In this document: in pieces, positions 1 to 36,264 of the stretch
Layout: each line of letters begins with the position of its first letter
Position numbering within the stretch: position 1 is the stretch's first letter
Assembly: GCF_009914755.1 (NCBI RefSeq)
Contig: NC_060930.1
Length of the DNA stretch: 64,000 nucleotides
DNA from: the human T2T-CHM13v2.0 reference genome, Homo sapiens
Strand: one strand, 5' to 3'
Translations under genes and position numbers: made by a program
Notes under the pieces: generated by a model
What the model was told of the DNA's origin: nothing
The model's database searches: none
The model's input: the letters and a program-made list of their open reading frames with translations, nothing else

Positions 1-445
1 AACTATATACTTATATACTTAACTATATACTTATGTTTGTTTGCATTTGAGCCATGATAGGCCCACTCAATTTTCTCCTTGTGGGATGAGAGAGACTGGT
101 TTAAAAGCAGTTCAAGTGGAAAATTCCTGGAGTTTTAAATTCCCTCTAAGCCTTATAGGAAATGTATAATCCATTCTCTGGACTACTTGGGTAGGTTATA
201 TCAGTAGAAGCATTGAGGCCAGAAAAACAGAGGTGATACCCTGACCTCTGTCGTGTTGAGTCAGATCTGGAGTACTGGCTCTAGACTTGTTCTGATTTTA
301 TTTAATTTTATTTATTTATTTATTTTGAGACAGGGTCTCACTCTGTCACTCAAGCTGGAGTGCAGTGGCATGTGTTCTTCTGATTGTAATAGGGGTATTG
401 ACAAACTAGGAACGCTCTAAGAGCAGATAGAACAGTGAAGGAGAT

Positions 446-1047
<602 letters not shown>

Positions 1048-1223
1048 GAGATCACACTAGAAAGATAGAGATAAAAACTCAGAAAGGCCAGGACAACAGT
1101 TTTTGAATATTTGAATAGCTGCTATGTGAAAGATGAGCCAATGGATGGCGGTAATGGGAAGACATATTTGGGCTTCCCATGTACCAAAACTTAAATGTGT
1201 CTTTTGTTTAAAGAAGGCAGCTG

Positions 1224-1323
1224 AGCCGGTCCAAGTGCAATGGTGTTTACAACTGATTGATCACAACCAATTACAGATTTCTTTGTTCCTTCTCCACTCC
1301 CGCTGCTTCACCTAACTAGCCTT
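1224..1323 (+). pseudogene. Y3 RNA (RNY3-derived) retropseudogene
   Basis: About 90% match to recalled hY3 (tggtgtttacaact...cagatttctttgttccttctccactccc...actagcctt); TSD aagaaggcagctg at 1211-1223 and 1657-1669. Confidence 0.93.
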
Positions 1324-1340
1324 AAACATACATATATACA

Positions 1341-3860
<2,520 letters not shown>

Positions 3861-4101
3861 TCTTTCAGTTTTCGTTTCCTTGTAACACATCTATTCTGTA
3901 AGGATAAAGATGTCTGTAAAATAAGAGACCATTAACTTGTGCTAAAGGTCAGTATTTTTTTTAAGGGATAAAAAGATAAAATTTGCTGGGAAACAAATGT
4001 TAGGAACAACTGACTGGTATTGGCTGAGAGGACGGAGTTGCTGAAGAGTTTGCCTTCCAAGGTGGACTGTCCCACTTCACCAGTAATTTTCTTGTGAAAA
4101 G

Positions 4102-6094
<1,993 letters not shown>

Positions 6095-7544
6095 CAAAGA
6101 TGCCATCTCCTTACCTAACCTAAGATGTGACTCTAATAGATAAAATGATAAGGAACATAAACTAAGACAAGAGATCTCTTGGGATGTCTTCAGATCATGA
6201 GGGCTAAACATGACTCAGACCGGAAGGTTAGTGTTTACCAAGACCCTTCTTACAGCTGGGGAAAATGAAGGCAAATTAAGTTTAGCCTAAGCTAAAACAG
6301 GAGCAACTTGGTTATGGTAAAAAGAGATATTGCCCTATGGGAAGGGCTACTACAAGAATTCTTTCCATACTTAAACTTCAGTAGCAATCTGACAAGTTTT
6401 TAAGTGGAGTCTGAATGTAAAACATTCAGAGAGAACCCTTGGTCAGTAGCAGGATAGAGGTTGCAATAAACACAGAGAACTAGTGGCATTTCAAGGAACA
6501 GTGAGGAGACAGGTCTGGTTGAAGCAGAAGCTCTTTTGTGAGATCAGTAGAAAATACGCCTGGAGAAAAAGCCTGTTTAAAACTAAACATCTTTTCCAAG
6601 GGTAAAACATAAAATCCTTGAAATTAGGCTTTCTAATGGGCAAAGAGATGTCTTCAACCATTTTATGATGAGAAATACATTGGTTCATCCTCAGAGGTCT
6701 CTGAACAAAAAGGGGAACACATGTGAAGGTAGTCATGAGGGAGCCTCTGTGAATCATAAGGAGAACTGATTGCAAAACCAGAAGCCAGCAGAAACAAAAC
6801 AATTCATAAAATTACAGAGGCGGTATTCGGAAGTTCTAAATACTTTTTTTTCCATCTCAGAAATGCTTGGTATCCTAATAATATTTTCTTTGTGATACGT
6901 TTTCTATACTCTTAGTAATTTTCCCTGGTCTTGATCTCATCATTAAAGAGGATGAAACCAACACCAGGAAATGTCCATAAGCAGGAAACCACATTTTTAT
7001 TCCATCACTCATAAAGCATCATTCATAATAATCAGTGTCAGTTTAGCTATAGCAACAGATGCTAACATACACATAGTAAGAGCCTACAAAGGCTCTTTTA
7101 AATGTCAGTTTAATTTAAACCTTAACCTCAGATTTTTTCCACAGATACAGTGAGAAACCACAAAGATCCTCCTGTCCTAATGCTCCCTCCATACTCTGCA
7201 ATAAAAGTTCTTGTTTTGGAAATAGAGAAACCTGTCTGAATCAGCAGTCTTGGCTTGCTGTGTCCTCCATGACCACACCACATGTTCCATACCTTTAGCC
7301 TTCATAGGGGCTGGAAAAAACTCTGTCTCCCTTGTCTACCCATTTTCACTGTGGAGTTCGGCTGCACATTTCAGGTGGAAAGGAGGTAGTGTACTAAAAT
7401 TGCAAAGTATTTCTTTTAATTGGCAATGAATTTAAACAATATTCATTGATTCTTCCACTATGAACAAGCTAGTGTTCCCTGGGGGATAAACAGATGAATA
7501 ATTGGATAAGCCTTTACTACTCAGGAAGTGTATAGTCTAGAGGA

Positions 7545-7870
7545 GTGCAGTCCAATAGGAATAGAATATAAACCACAGACACAATGTAAATGTTCTAATG
7601 GACACATTAAGTGAAGTAAAAAGAAACATGAAATTAATTTCAAACATATACTTTATTTAACTCAATGTACCCCCAACATTATCATTCTAAATTGTACTTA
7701 ATATAAAATTATTAATGAAATATTTTATATTCTCTTTTTTTTTCCATACTGTGTTTAAAATCTGGTATGTATTTTACATCTAAAGTACATCTCGATTCAG
7801 ACTAGCCACAATTCAGGTGCTCAATAGTCACATGTAGCTGGTGGCTACCACATCAGACCCTATAGGTCTC
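7545..7870. mobile_element. MER33-like hAT-Charlie DNA transposon
   Basis: gactagccacaattcaggtgctcaatagtcacatgtagctggtggctacc terminal motif and AT-rich core. Confidence 0.7.
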
Positions 7871-7895
7871 ATATGTAGCAGAGAAAAAGACATAC

Positions 7896-8490
<595 letters not shown>

Positions 8491-8494
8491 AGAC

Positions 8495-8571
8495 TTGTTG
8501 GAGCCTACTCCCACTCTGTGGAGTGTACTTTTGTTTCAATAAATCTGTGATTTTCTGTCAAAAAAAAAAAA
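8495..8571 (+). mobile_element. ERV1 LTR R-region fragment ending in AATAAA and poly(A)
   Basis: gagcctactcccactctgtggagtgtacttttgtttcAATAAAtctgtg, then A12 starting 16 nt after the signal. Confidence 0.6.
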
Positions 8572-9408
8572 CAAAGACAAATGACAGCAATACAAGCTCC
8601 ATTTGGTTTGGGATGAGGAGGACATTTTCCATGGAAGAGATGGCACTTGAAATTAATGTTCCAAATAATGGTTGTGAGTTGAGCAAGCAGAGACAGAAAA
8701 AATGAAGAGTGTAGTTCACAGTGAAGGACCCGTAGAAGCAATAACTTAGGGGAGGAAAATGGCAGGGCGCTGCAGCTCTGTTCAATACATGGAGCTTCTC
8801 ATTGTGCCTCAGATAATGACAGAACTTCTTAAGGAGGCCTGCGAAGTCCTAGCTAGTTTATTTTCTACTTTGCTGTTCAAACATATTCCCTATTTTCAGG
8901 CTCTCTGCTTGAGCCACAGAAGTCTCTGGGCCACCTCCTATAAACTACTCATGTCTTCCCACCCAGGGCTTTACATGTGCAGGGCCCTGCCTGGAACTTA
9001 TCTGGTTTGGCCCATCATTGTTTCTAGCACCTAGCAGAGGGCTCAGCACATATTCAGTCCTCAAAAAATATATTGAAGTGAATGGATGAGTGATTTGAGA
9101 GGCAGGTAGGGAAGAAGATGATGAGAAGGCAGGAAAGGTTGCTTGAGGGCTTGTTGCTGAGGGCCTTGGGTGCCACATTAAGGGTTTGCAATGAATTCAG
9201 TGAGCAAACCAGGTCCATGCCTCTAATCTACATCTTAATAGGACTTGCATATTAGATACTGAGCTGCAGCTCAGCCACGTGTGGGATGATTTGGAGTGAA
9301 AGGTAGGCAGTGAAGCGCCCTGTTAGGAGCCCTCTGAAGGAGTCCAGAGGAGAATCAATCAGGCCTCCTTACTGTAGCAGAGCGGTGGATGTAGGCATTA
9401 GTTACACA

Positions 9409-10239
9409 CTTAAAATAAAAATTACAGGAGGCTGTTGAACTAAGCTCCTGCACTAGGCCCCAACAGACCGGACTAAAAATCAAAATGGAGTCACCTATGC
9501 TACAGTTCCACATCAGCAAACCCAAACTAAGTTGTTATCTGACCTTACGAGAAATCCAAAGAGAGATAACAGCCAATATCCCACACAGCCCAGTTTCAGT
9601 CTTCAGTTGGCATGATAATAAAGCCTTCTTTGCTTTGATCCTTATGCAAGAAAAGTGGCCTAAAGACACCTAATGTTAATCAGTTGTTTTTCTATTGTTC
9701 TGTCTCCCTGTTCTGCCTCACAAGGAAAGTAGCCTTAAAATGACGAATAACTCTTTGTTCTTTGTTTCTTTCTTCAGGCCTCCTCTGTCTATATAAAGCT
9801 AATCCCCTTTGCTTAGCTGATTGGAACACTTATTCTATTTTATGGGATGAACTGTTGCCTGATTCTAAAATTGCAATAAAGCCAACTGAAATCTTTAAAC
9901 TACATTTGTGGCCAGGCACGATGGGTCACGCCTGTAATCCAACAACTTTGGGAGGCCAAGACAGGCAGATCACTTGAGGTCAGGAGTTCGAGACCAGCCT
10001 GACCAACATGGTGAAACTCCGTCTCTACTAAAAATACACATACAAAAAATAGCCAGGCATGGTGGCACGTGCTTTTAATCCCAGCTATTCAGGAGGCTGA
10101 GGGACAAGCCTTGAACCCAGGAGGCGGAGGTTACAGTGAACTGAGATCACACCGTTGCACTCCAACCTGGGTGACAGAGCAAGACTCTCTCTCAAAAAAA
10201 AAAAAAACACTAGATTTTTTGAAATTTTGTTTTTTGACA
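9409..10239 (+). mobile_element. ERV1 MER4-group solo LTR (subfamily uncertain) interrupted by an Alu (9910-10210)
   Basis: ctaagctcctgcactaggccccaacagacc...aaaatggagtcac start, TATATAAA ~9790, AATAAA ~9875, ends ttttgaca. Confidence 0.7.
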
Positions 10240-10401
10240 CATATTATGGCAAGACAACAAATCATTTTGTAGAAATTGTACACTCTTAGAGGTGAAGCAA
10301 ACTTTTGCCATTTTATAGACAAAGAAAGTGAGACTCGTTTTACAGATGAGGAAAGTGACACCCAGAGAAGTTCCTTTAGTGAAACCTCAAAGACTTCATT
10401 A

Positions 10402-10774
<373 letters not shown>

Positions 10775-12344
10775 TTATTTTACAAACATTAGATTAAGTA
10801 GATACAGAAAAGTGAGAGAAAAAGATGAAAAGGATCCAAAATGCATTTGAATAGGAAAGAAATGGCTGTAAAAAGCTTTTGGCAGTAGACATGACTGACC
10901 TTAAAACACTTAAGCTAGTCACTTACTCTATCAAGAATTCTGACTTGAACAGTCACTTAAATATTTCCGTCTTTTAAAGAAGGTTGGAAGTACTACTGAT
11001 ACATCTTCCCAATGATCAAAATGTCAGAGTTCTCACTTGACAGAATAAAAAAAGACAAAAGAGGGAAATTAAATGACAGCACCATGGGCACGGAAGGTGA
11101 TTCCCTAAATCGTATATCATCTTCATAATTGGATAACTCTCTTGTTTCCAGACTGTGCTTTCAGATAAACTCCCTGTTTTCATCTGTGTGCCATAAAAGA
11201 CACGAAGAGGGAGAGAATATTTTTAAGTTCTGAAGAATTAAGCTCCTGCAATCTGTACTTTAGGATCTAGATAATGTAAAATGGCTCATAATTTGCCAGT
11301 TTCTAATAAGCTGTACAAATCTCACTATTACATTGAAAACAATTTGTATATTTCAAAAAATGTCTTAAATAGTTACAACTTACCAAGATAACATTGCAAA
11401 GGAGTATTAGCCTTAATATTTCAAGAGGCTTTGCTGGTCAATGTCCCCAAATGGTAAAAACTTAAGGTTAGAGGCAAATGAGAGAGTTAGATCAGTGTTT
11501 ATTTATTTGCCAAACTACTATTAAAAAGAAAAACAAGCAAAAACACCTAGGCTGTATGATTGACATTCATACAGCCTTGATTAGATAGAAGTTTCACTTT
11601 ACAAACAGGTTTTGACATTGTGTAGATAAAACTTTGATATCAAACCTTTAAACCTCAAGATTTGATAATATTTACTTTAATAAGAACTTCTATCTTCTAC
11701 TTAAATGTCAAAAAGAACAGAAATCAGACCACTTACTAAAAGGAAGCAGACTTGGAATCCACATTGGTTATCTTTCGTGAGTTAGGAAAAAGTTAATAGT
11801 ATAAGGCCAAACTCAAGGAAGCCTGAATATTAAGATGATTTATGGAGACACTGAAGACATAAATCAGATATAATTATCTGATTTACAAAAACTAGTCATT
11901 TCACCTCCTCAAATGGCCTCATAATTCCTTGATGACGCATGGCAGAAAAGTGCTCATGTCAAACTAAAATGCAGACAAATGGAAAGATAAATGGCCACAT
12001 CCCAGTAACAATTTGACATCCCATTATTCCTCTTGAGGATTTCACCTGTGTACATCCAGAAGGTGCTAGGTGAATGAAAGGCATTCGGTTTTTAGGATTT
12101 TAGCAACACACATGAGAAAAGGTTCACTTTTGCGCCCACTGACAATCAGATGAAGATTCAGGTCATGTTGCAAGTTTTTCTGAACATGTGGCTGTGCAGA
12201 TAGCTCAGGTCCTGAGCAAAAACAACAGCAAAGAACCCTTTGGCAGTGAAGCCTATCTTGGCCTCTGATCCCTTGGTCCTTCCTACTCACCTTCCTGTCT
12301 TTATTTTTCTTCAGCACGTTTCCCATCTAATATACTGTGCTGTA

Positions 12345-12645
12345 TTTTTTTTCATTGTGATGAAATATACATCACATAAAATTTACCACTTTAGCCATTT
12401 TTAAGTGTGCAGTTTGGTCACATTAGTACAATGACGTTGTTGAGCAACCATCACCGCTATCCAGTCTCCAAAACTGTTTTCATCTTCCCAAACTGAAGCT
12501 CCATACCCATGAAATAGTAATTCCTCATCCCCCTTCTTCCCTAGTCCCTGGCAAGGACCATTCTACTTTCTGTCTATAAATGGGACTACTCTAAGTACCT
12601 CATGTAAATTGAATTATACAGCATTTGTCCTTTTGTGACCAAGTA
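12345..12645 (-). mobile_element. L1MB-like 3' end
   Basis: acataaaatttaccactttagccatttttaagtgt...caaccatcacc...ccctggcaaggaccattctactttctgtct. Confidence 0.75.
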
Positions 12646-12664
12646 TTTTACTTATAAATTTGTG

Positions 12665-14755
<2,091 letters not shown>

Positions 14756-14868
14756 ATTTTGTCAATTAAGTGTTTTGGAAATGCTACTTGTTCATTATAA
14801 TCAATCAGTAAAGGATAATTATTGTAGAAATTAGTATTTACTAAGAGTTGAAAAAGCATTCAGCTCTT

Positions 14869-16903
<2,035 letters not shown>

Positions 16904-16905
16904 AG

Positions 16906-17522
<617 letters not shown>

Positions 17523-18388
17523 AATAGCTGAGTAAGTGTCATAGATCACATGGAACAAAAGCTGGCTCTGGAAACATATGCAGAATTTAGCTAAGTGTGG
17601 AGTAAGGGTGAAATTGTGAGCAAAACAAGCTTCCTGAGAGATCAGAGGTGGGGAGTTATGCCAAGAAGTGAAGGGAGTGAGGTAAGGTATGCTGATGTGT
17701 GCAGAACAGGGAGGACTTTGAAAACTATGCAGAGTGGTTGGCTGACATACAGTAAAACTCATAACAAGTATGCTCATTAGCATAATTATTAAACTCTGGC
17801 TTAGTAAACCACTTAAAAAAAAAGATTTCCAATGTGGAAATACTCAATGTTTGGATATGCCTGTTCATTCTAGTTTAGGCATTTCCTTCTGACAGGTTTT
17901 TAGAGCCTCTGGTAGCTTTTCCAATCCCTGTGACTTTTTTTTTTTTTTTTGCCCTGAGTTTGGAGGAGTCGGATAATGAAATTTAAACTAAAGCATGTTA
18001 GCATCACCTATACTCAAGAAGGTCCAAATACCTCAATTCTTCACAAAATAAAATGCTTTTTTAATTCAAAAAAAGAAAGTAAGTCAAAAAGAGAGAGAGA
18101 AAAAAAACACACAGCAGATAACTGAGAAAATAAGAGAGTTTATTGCCACTAAAAAAGGAACCTGGCTTCTAACATCATATTTGCCATTTCTCTATGTGAC
18201 TCTAGGGAAGTACTTTTCTCTCTCAATGCCTTCTTCCCTCAGGAAAACCTTATTACTATGAGAAAGATGTTAATTTGTCTAAAGTGCTGTAATTTTTTCA
18301 TGGGGATGTTAAGGAGGGAAAGGCAGGGAGAAAGAAGATGGGGAGAGATGAGTTAAGAGATGAGTTAAGGTGAAAGATGGTGGTGGCA

Positions 18389-19066
<678 letters not shown>

Positions 19067-19069
19067 AAG

Positions 19070-20173
<1,104 letters not shown>

Positions 20174-20788
20174 TAATAAAGAGATTCTAAAGATCATTCA
20201 GAGTGTTGATGAGTTACATGGATTATGATTTTGAATTTCAAATGGACTTTAAGTCTTTATGTAAGACAGATTAGAAAACAAAATTTCACATTAAATTGAT
20301 TAAATTAGGTCAAAACTCATCAATAACTAATTATACATTGGACATAAGTATTTCCATATCTTTTTGTCCCTCAGTGCCTTGTGCATATGTAACTAAAAAA
20401 GCAGAGTAATTTGGTGTCATTTGATTTAATGAGATCCTGCGCAAATGAAATACCTTTTTAACACTGAAGTTAGACCATTGCAGTGCTCCAGGGACAACTA
20501 TCTATAGAAGATAAATTAATTATGTTCACTACTTCCTAAGCCTATAGAAACAACTAAATAACTAAATGAGAGAATCAACCTGTTGATGATGTGCAGGTCT
20601 TTTGAGAAATGACCTTTAATCAATAAAATCCCAGAGCACAGAGGTTTCATAGCAGCTTGTCTTCAGACCGACTCATCAGTAAAATCACAACTTACACCAC
20701 AACAAAACGTTCAGAAAAGTAAGCTATAGAGGTAGGTCATAATTTTGAGGTCTGTCTTGATAATATCTAACATATTTTGAGTGCTTAG

Positions 20789-22455
<1,667 letters not shown>

Positions 22456-22493
22456 AATTTAGTAGAGTTGGACACAATTTGAAAGAAATACAG

Positions 22494-24930
<2,437 letters not shown>

Positions 24931-25558
24931 GGAAGCTTATGATTTCTTATTTTCTCTTTCCCACCTTAAAACCTGACACATCAAAGTGCTCAATTCATGT
25001 TGGCTGTTGATGATGAGAATACAAAGAAATAAAAGGGGGGGGGGGGCGGAATTTCAACACTAATTCTGAAATAAATTCTGAATCTGTTATTTCAAAGGAT
25101 ATTAACTTTAGAAATGAAGACACATTAGAAATTTGCATTGCTCTGAGTTTTGTAAAAGAATGAAATGTATAATGCAAGACATAACTGCCAAGGTACTAGA
25201 TGAAAAAAAAATTATACATTCTGAAATTCCATCTGATAGAGATCAGTTCTGAAGGGTTAATCTCAATTGCCTGATTTAATGTGTTTGCTTTGCACCAGAT
25301 GAATAATAATTAGCAATGGCTTCACCAACTTATTAGTGACAACGTAGAGAAGGTGTGGGCCCTTTTACGTAAAAGCTGACTAATAGACAAATAAATTAGA
25401 TATGACTGTTTTGCCAAAGCTGATAACTAAGGCCCTGTATACAATGAGTGCCAAGTCCTGGTTGTTTCTACGTAACATTTAATCTTTGAAGGCAAGTGGT
25501 TGAAGGAGAAAGCAATTATATTGACGTTCGTTGTAGAAATTCATTTACAGATTGTTAC

Positions 25559-25890
25559 TACAATTGTCCCTCAGTCTCTGCGGGGGATTGATTCCAGGAC
25601 CCCTGCAGATCCTAAAATCCATAGATGCTCAACCCCCTGATATAAAATGGCATCGCATTTGCATATAGCCAATGCATACCCTCCCTAACATTTAAAATGA
25701 TCTCTAGATTGCTTATAATAGCAAATACAACATAAATGCTATGTAAATAGTTGTTATACTGTATTGCTTAGGGAAGAATGACAAGAAGAAAGGTATGTAC
25801 GTGTTCAGTACAGATGAAACCATCCTCTTTTTTTCCCAAATATTTGACCTGCAGTTGGTTGAATCCACAGATGTGGAACCCGTGAATACC
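25559..25890. mobile_element. MER2 (TcMar-Tigger) MITE
   Basis: ggggattgattccaggacccc...aaaatccatagatgctcaa...ttggttgaatccacagatgtggaaccc. Confidence 0.8.
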
Positions 25891-26689
25891 TGGAAGCAGT
25901 TAAAATCACTCCAAGATTTTCTTTAAATTCTTCTCTTCATCAATACTCTCTCTATTCCACCAAGTAATGATATCATAATTACACATGGTAGCTCTTCCCC
26001 AAGACCCTTGATTAAATTGTTTTTATTGATTCATCAAGCATATATTATTGAGCGTCTACTACACACCAGGCACACAGACAGAACTGTGAACAAGGCAGAC
26101 AAGGTCCTGCACCCAGCACGTGTATATTCTAGGTTTCAGAGAAGCTATGTGAGGCTGTGAAGAGGATTCTTTTTTAATGTCTTTATTTTTATACTACCCC
26201 TCCACAGCCTTACCCCAATCTTTTAAACCACACCGGAAGCTATGTACTCATCGTTTTTTTCCTGTAATTTTTTTTACAGTACAACCTAAATAAATACTGG
26301 CCCAGAAAGATTCAGAGTTCAAAGAAAATTCAGCTGCTTTCGGAAAGATCATTCTATGGGAAAGATCACATTTCTGAGTAATAAACATTATAAATACATA
26401 TTCCGATTTATTTTTAATTCTCAAACTATTAACTTTCATTTTTCCCCTCTGGCATATTTTAATTTTTGTCCTACAGGGACTTGAGTCTAAATATGTTTTA
26501 ACAATTTGGGGGACTTTTCTTTTTTCACCTTGCTATTTCTAGAGACTAAAATCTTTGAGCTACCAAGGTCTTTCAAACTGGCTGATGTCACTCTAACAAA
26601 CTCAGAGATAGCAAGATGTTCCTTAAGCCACTGGGTTAGAACGAGAATCCTTTGTTTTCTATGGGCACAATCCTAGGAATGTTTCTTCT

Positions 26690-34025
<7,336 letters not shown>

Positions 34026-34867
34026 TTAATTTTCATAAAGGGCTCTTCCCTTGGAAAGAAATATTTTAGCTACAGAGAAAAACTAAGAAGCCTTGTGGAG
34101 CTCTGTGAAGTTGCACTGACTTGCTTTCACTTAGCTTGCAGCTCACTAGTGAGATTTCACATGGTACTCCCACTCCAAGAGCAGGGGCCAGGACAGGTTG
34201 GTTTCATTTTGGTTTGAATGCATATGCTTTGGCCCACAGACTTGGAGAAAGATTTTGCTTTACTGATGAGAACTCAGTCAAGGGTGCTTGGGAGCCTTCG
34301 CTGGCCCTCTAGCTGGGCCTGACATGTTGCCTGCATTTCTAGCCTTGCCTTCCCAGCTTGCCCATTTGGTGCAGGGAGATAGTCCAGCCCACCCTGAAAT
34401 TCACTGTGTTCTGCGGATGAGTTAACTGAAGGGCTGTGTTTCAGGAGTGGCACAGAAAGGACCTGAATGAAAGGAAGGAGGAATGAATGGAGAGAACCAT
34501 TTTGGTGGAATTGCCCTAGGGTATTAAATAGGATGGGGCAACTGGGGACTGGAGGATGTTCCTTCTCTTACGTTGCTTAGGAAACACTGTCCTTAAGAGT
34601 GTCAGTGTCATTCCTTTAACAATCATTCATTTCTTACCTCCCGCTTGTGTATAAATTTGCAGATTTACACAGACCACCAGTGTGGCCATCCCAGTGAACT
34701 GAGTTTATTGTGAAATATACATGCAAAAAAATCCTTTTTTCTCACCTACAACCAATGCAACATTATTCATACTTTGAGTTGAAGAATAAGGAGTTTAAGA
34801 AATAAATGCATACAGCAACATAACCCTGAATTATCACTCAAATACAGACCTCCCACTGCTCTCTCCC

Positions 34868-34899
<32 letters not shown>

Positions 34900-35514
34900 G
34901 TTATTCTAAGCAAAAGCAAAAATTGAGGCAACTTAAAATAGACAATTTTAAATGCTGGATTCCATCATTTCTGTAAAAGGTCATTCTACTCCTTTGCTAT
35001 TTATACCACAGATAGAGACACAGCAAATTATTGGCTGAATGGATTTGGGAAACCAGAAGCTGCTGCTTCTGACGAACGAAGATGATAATGCATCACTTGA
35101 GACTGAGTGGATGAAAGGTGTAGAAAAGTTGAACCCTTCAAAGATGAGAGGAAGCTGCTAAATTAGCCCCTGACTAAATTACTAGCCATAATTGTACTCA
35201 AGCCAGTTCTCTTTGCGACTGCCTTGTAATCTTTGTTGTGGCTTGAGAGAGAAAAATCCCCATTCCCAGCTCAAACCCGTTTAAGGCATCTCAGCCCAAC
35301 CCCCTCCTCCCAATGCAACTCTTCATAGCCCCCTGCCCCTCCTCCAACAAATTCTAATCAAGTCAGGTATAGTTCTCAGCTTTACCACTGCCATCAGAAG
35401 CACGGCTTACATTAAGGGTTTAGCAACAAAACCTCAGGCTTACTTCAGGCAAACATTCAAAAGCATTTAAGAGAAGCACAGAAAACAAAAGAAATAAGCA
35501 AAACCTGTCCTTAC

Positions 35515-35583
35515 CCGCTTCTTAAAAAATTGGAAGGCTGAGCATTTCTTGACTGGGAATCCATTCATGTCTTTGTTTACCAT
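35515..35583 (-). CDS. SGK1: SGK1 long isoform (SGK1.1) first coding exon, 23 codons; remaining exons lie beyond position 1
   Basis: Reverse complement translates to MVNKDMNGFPVKKCSAFQFFKKR, the recognised SGK1.1 N-terminus; strong Kozak GAAAATGG; ends at phase-0 donor CGG|GTAAGG (GT at 35514-35513). Too short for the ORF track. Confidence 0.96.
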
Positions 35584-36235
35584 TTTCCACCGTGGGGAAT
35601 TCACAGTTATAGATCCAGGTTGGCACCCGCCTGGTTAGTGCATATCTGTTTCCCCGGTTTACCTCCTGCAGACAGTTAATGAAGACTGAGCGGGATGGAG
35701 AATCTAGCGGGGCTCAGTTCTTCACTCGCGCATTCTGCAGCACCAGCTACTGCAGCAACCTCTCCCCACTTTCAGTTGCCACCGACAGCGGCTTTTCTCC
35801 TTCCATCATTGCTCCGAAACATATGCATCACCGCTGCAGGACCCTGGGGGCCGGACGGTGGGATACGGCCAATCTCCGGGGAGATGCTGTGGCTCTTACC
35901 GAGCGGGAGAAGGGTACGCCTCCCCGCCCCCAGCTACCTGGCTGCTCTTCCGCGGCCGGCGCGGGGAGCGAGTCGCTCTTCTCCAGGTGATGCGCTCCTG
36001 GAGGCGGCTTGAGAGAGGAGAGTTGTTTTTGATTGTGCAAGTTCCAGTGGGAGCTGTAGTTAAGCAGCTGAGAGAAGGAGTAAGAAAGAGCAGAAGCCAG
36101 AGGGAGGGAGGGAGAACAGCGCCAGAAAGGCAGAGGGAGCGAGAAGGCGAGGCTGGAAGAAGCAACGGTTCATGAATATCTGAGCAGCGGATGGAGAGAA
36201 GGCACAGCCGGCTCAGGGCACACTGAAGAGCAGTT
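35584..36235 (-). other. SGK1: SGK1.1 5' UTR (exon 1); 5' end approximate
   Basis: Repeat-free GC/CpG-rich stretch directly upstream of the ATG; 5' end inferred ~30 nt downstream of TATTTAAA at 36264-36257. Confidence 0.75.
35690..36215. promoter_or_regulatory. CpG-rich promoter/first-exon region
   Basis: Many CpGs outside any Alu (e.g. cgcggccggcgcggggagcgagtcg ~35951-35975) in an otherwise CpG-depleted window. Confidence 0.8.
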
Positions 36236-36256
36236 GACTCCCCTTGGGAGGGTTAC

Positions 36257-36264
36257 TTTAAATA
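36257..36264 (-). promoter_or_regulatory. TATA-like box TATTTAAA of the SGK1.1 promoter
   Basis: Minus strand GCTATTTAAAG at the upstream edge of the GC-rich exon, next to a T-tract (36266-36296). Confidence 0.55.

Noticed and set aside
34304-34315. CTCF-like CAGCTAGAGGGC (also CTAGCAGAGGGCTC at 9031-9044)
   Set aside because: Imperfect matches expected by chance; not supportable without ChIP data.
34868-34895. Isolated A28 run as an orphan retroposon tail
   Set aside because: No element body or TSD seen; treated as a mononucleotide microsatellite.
35679-36175. Three + strand ORFs of 103-105 aa over the CpG-rich exon
   Set aside because: Expected from stop-poor GC-rich DNA antisense to the SGK1 5' UTR; no recognisable protein.
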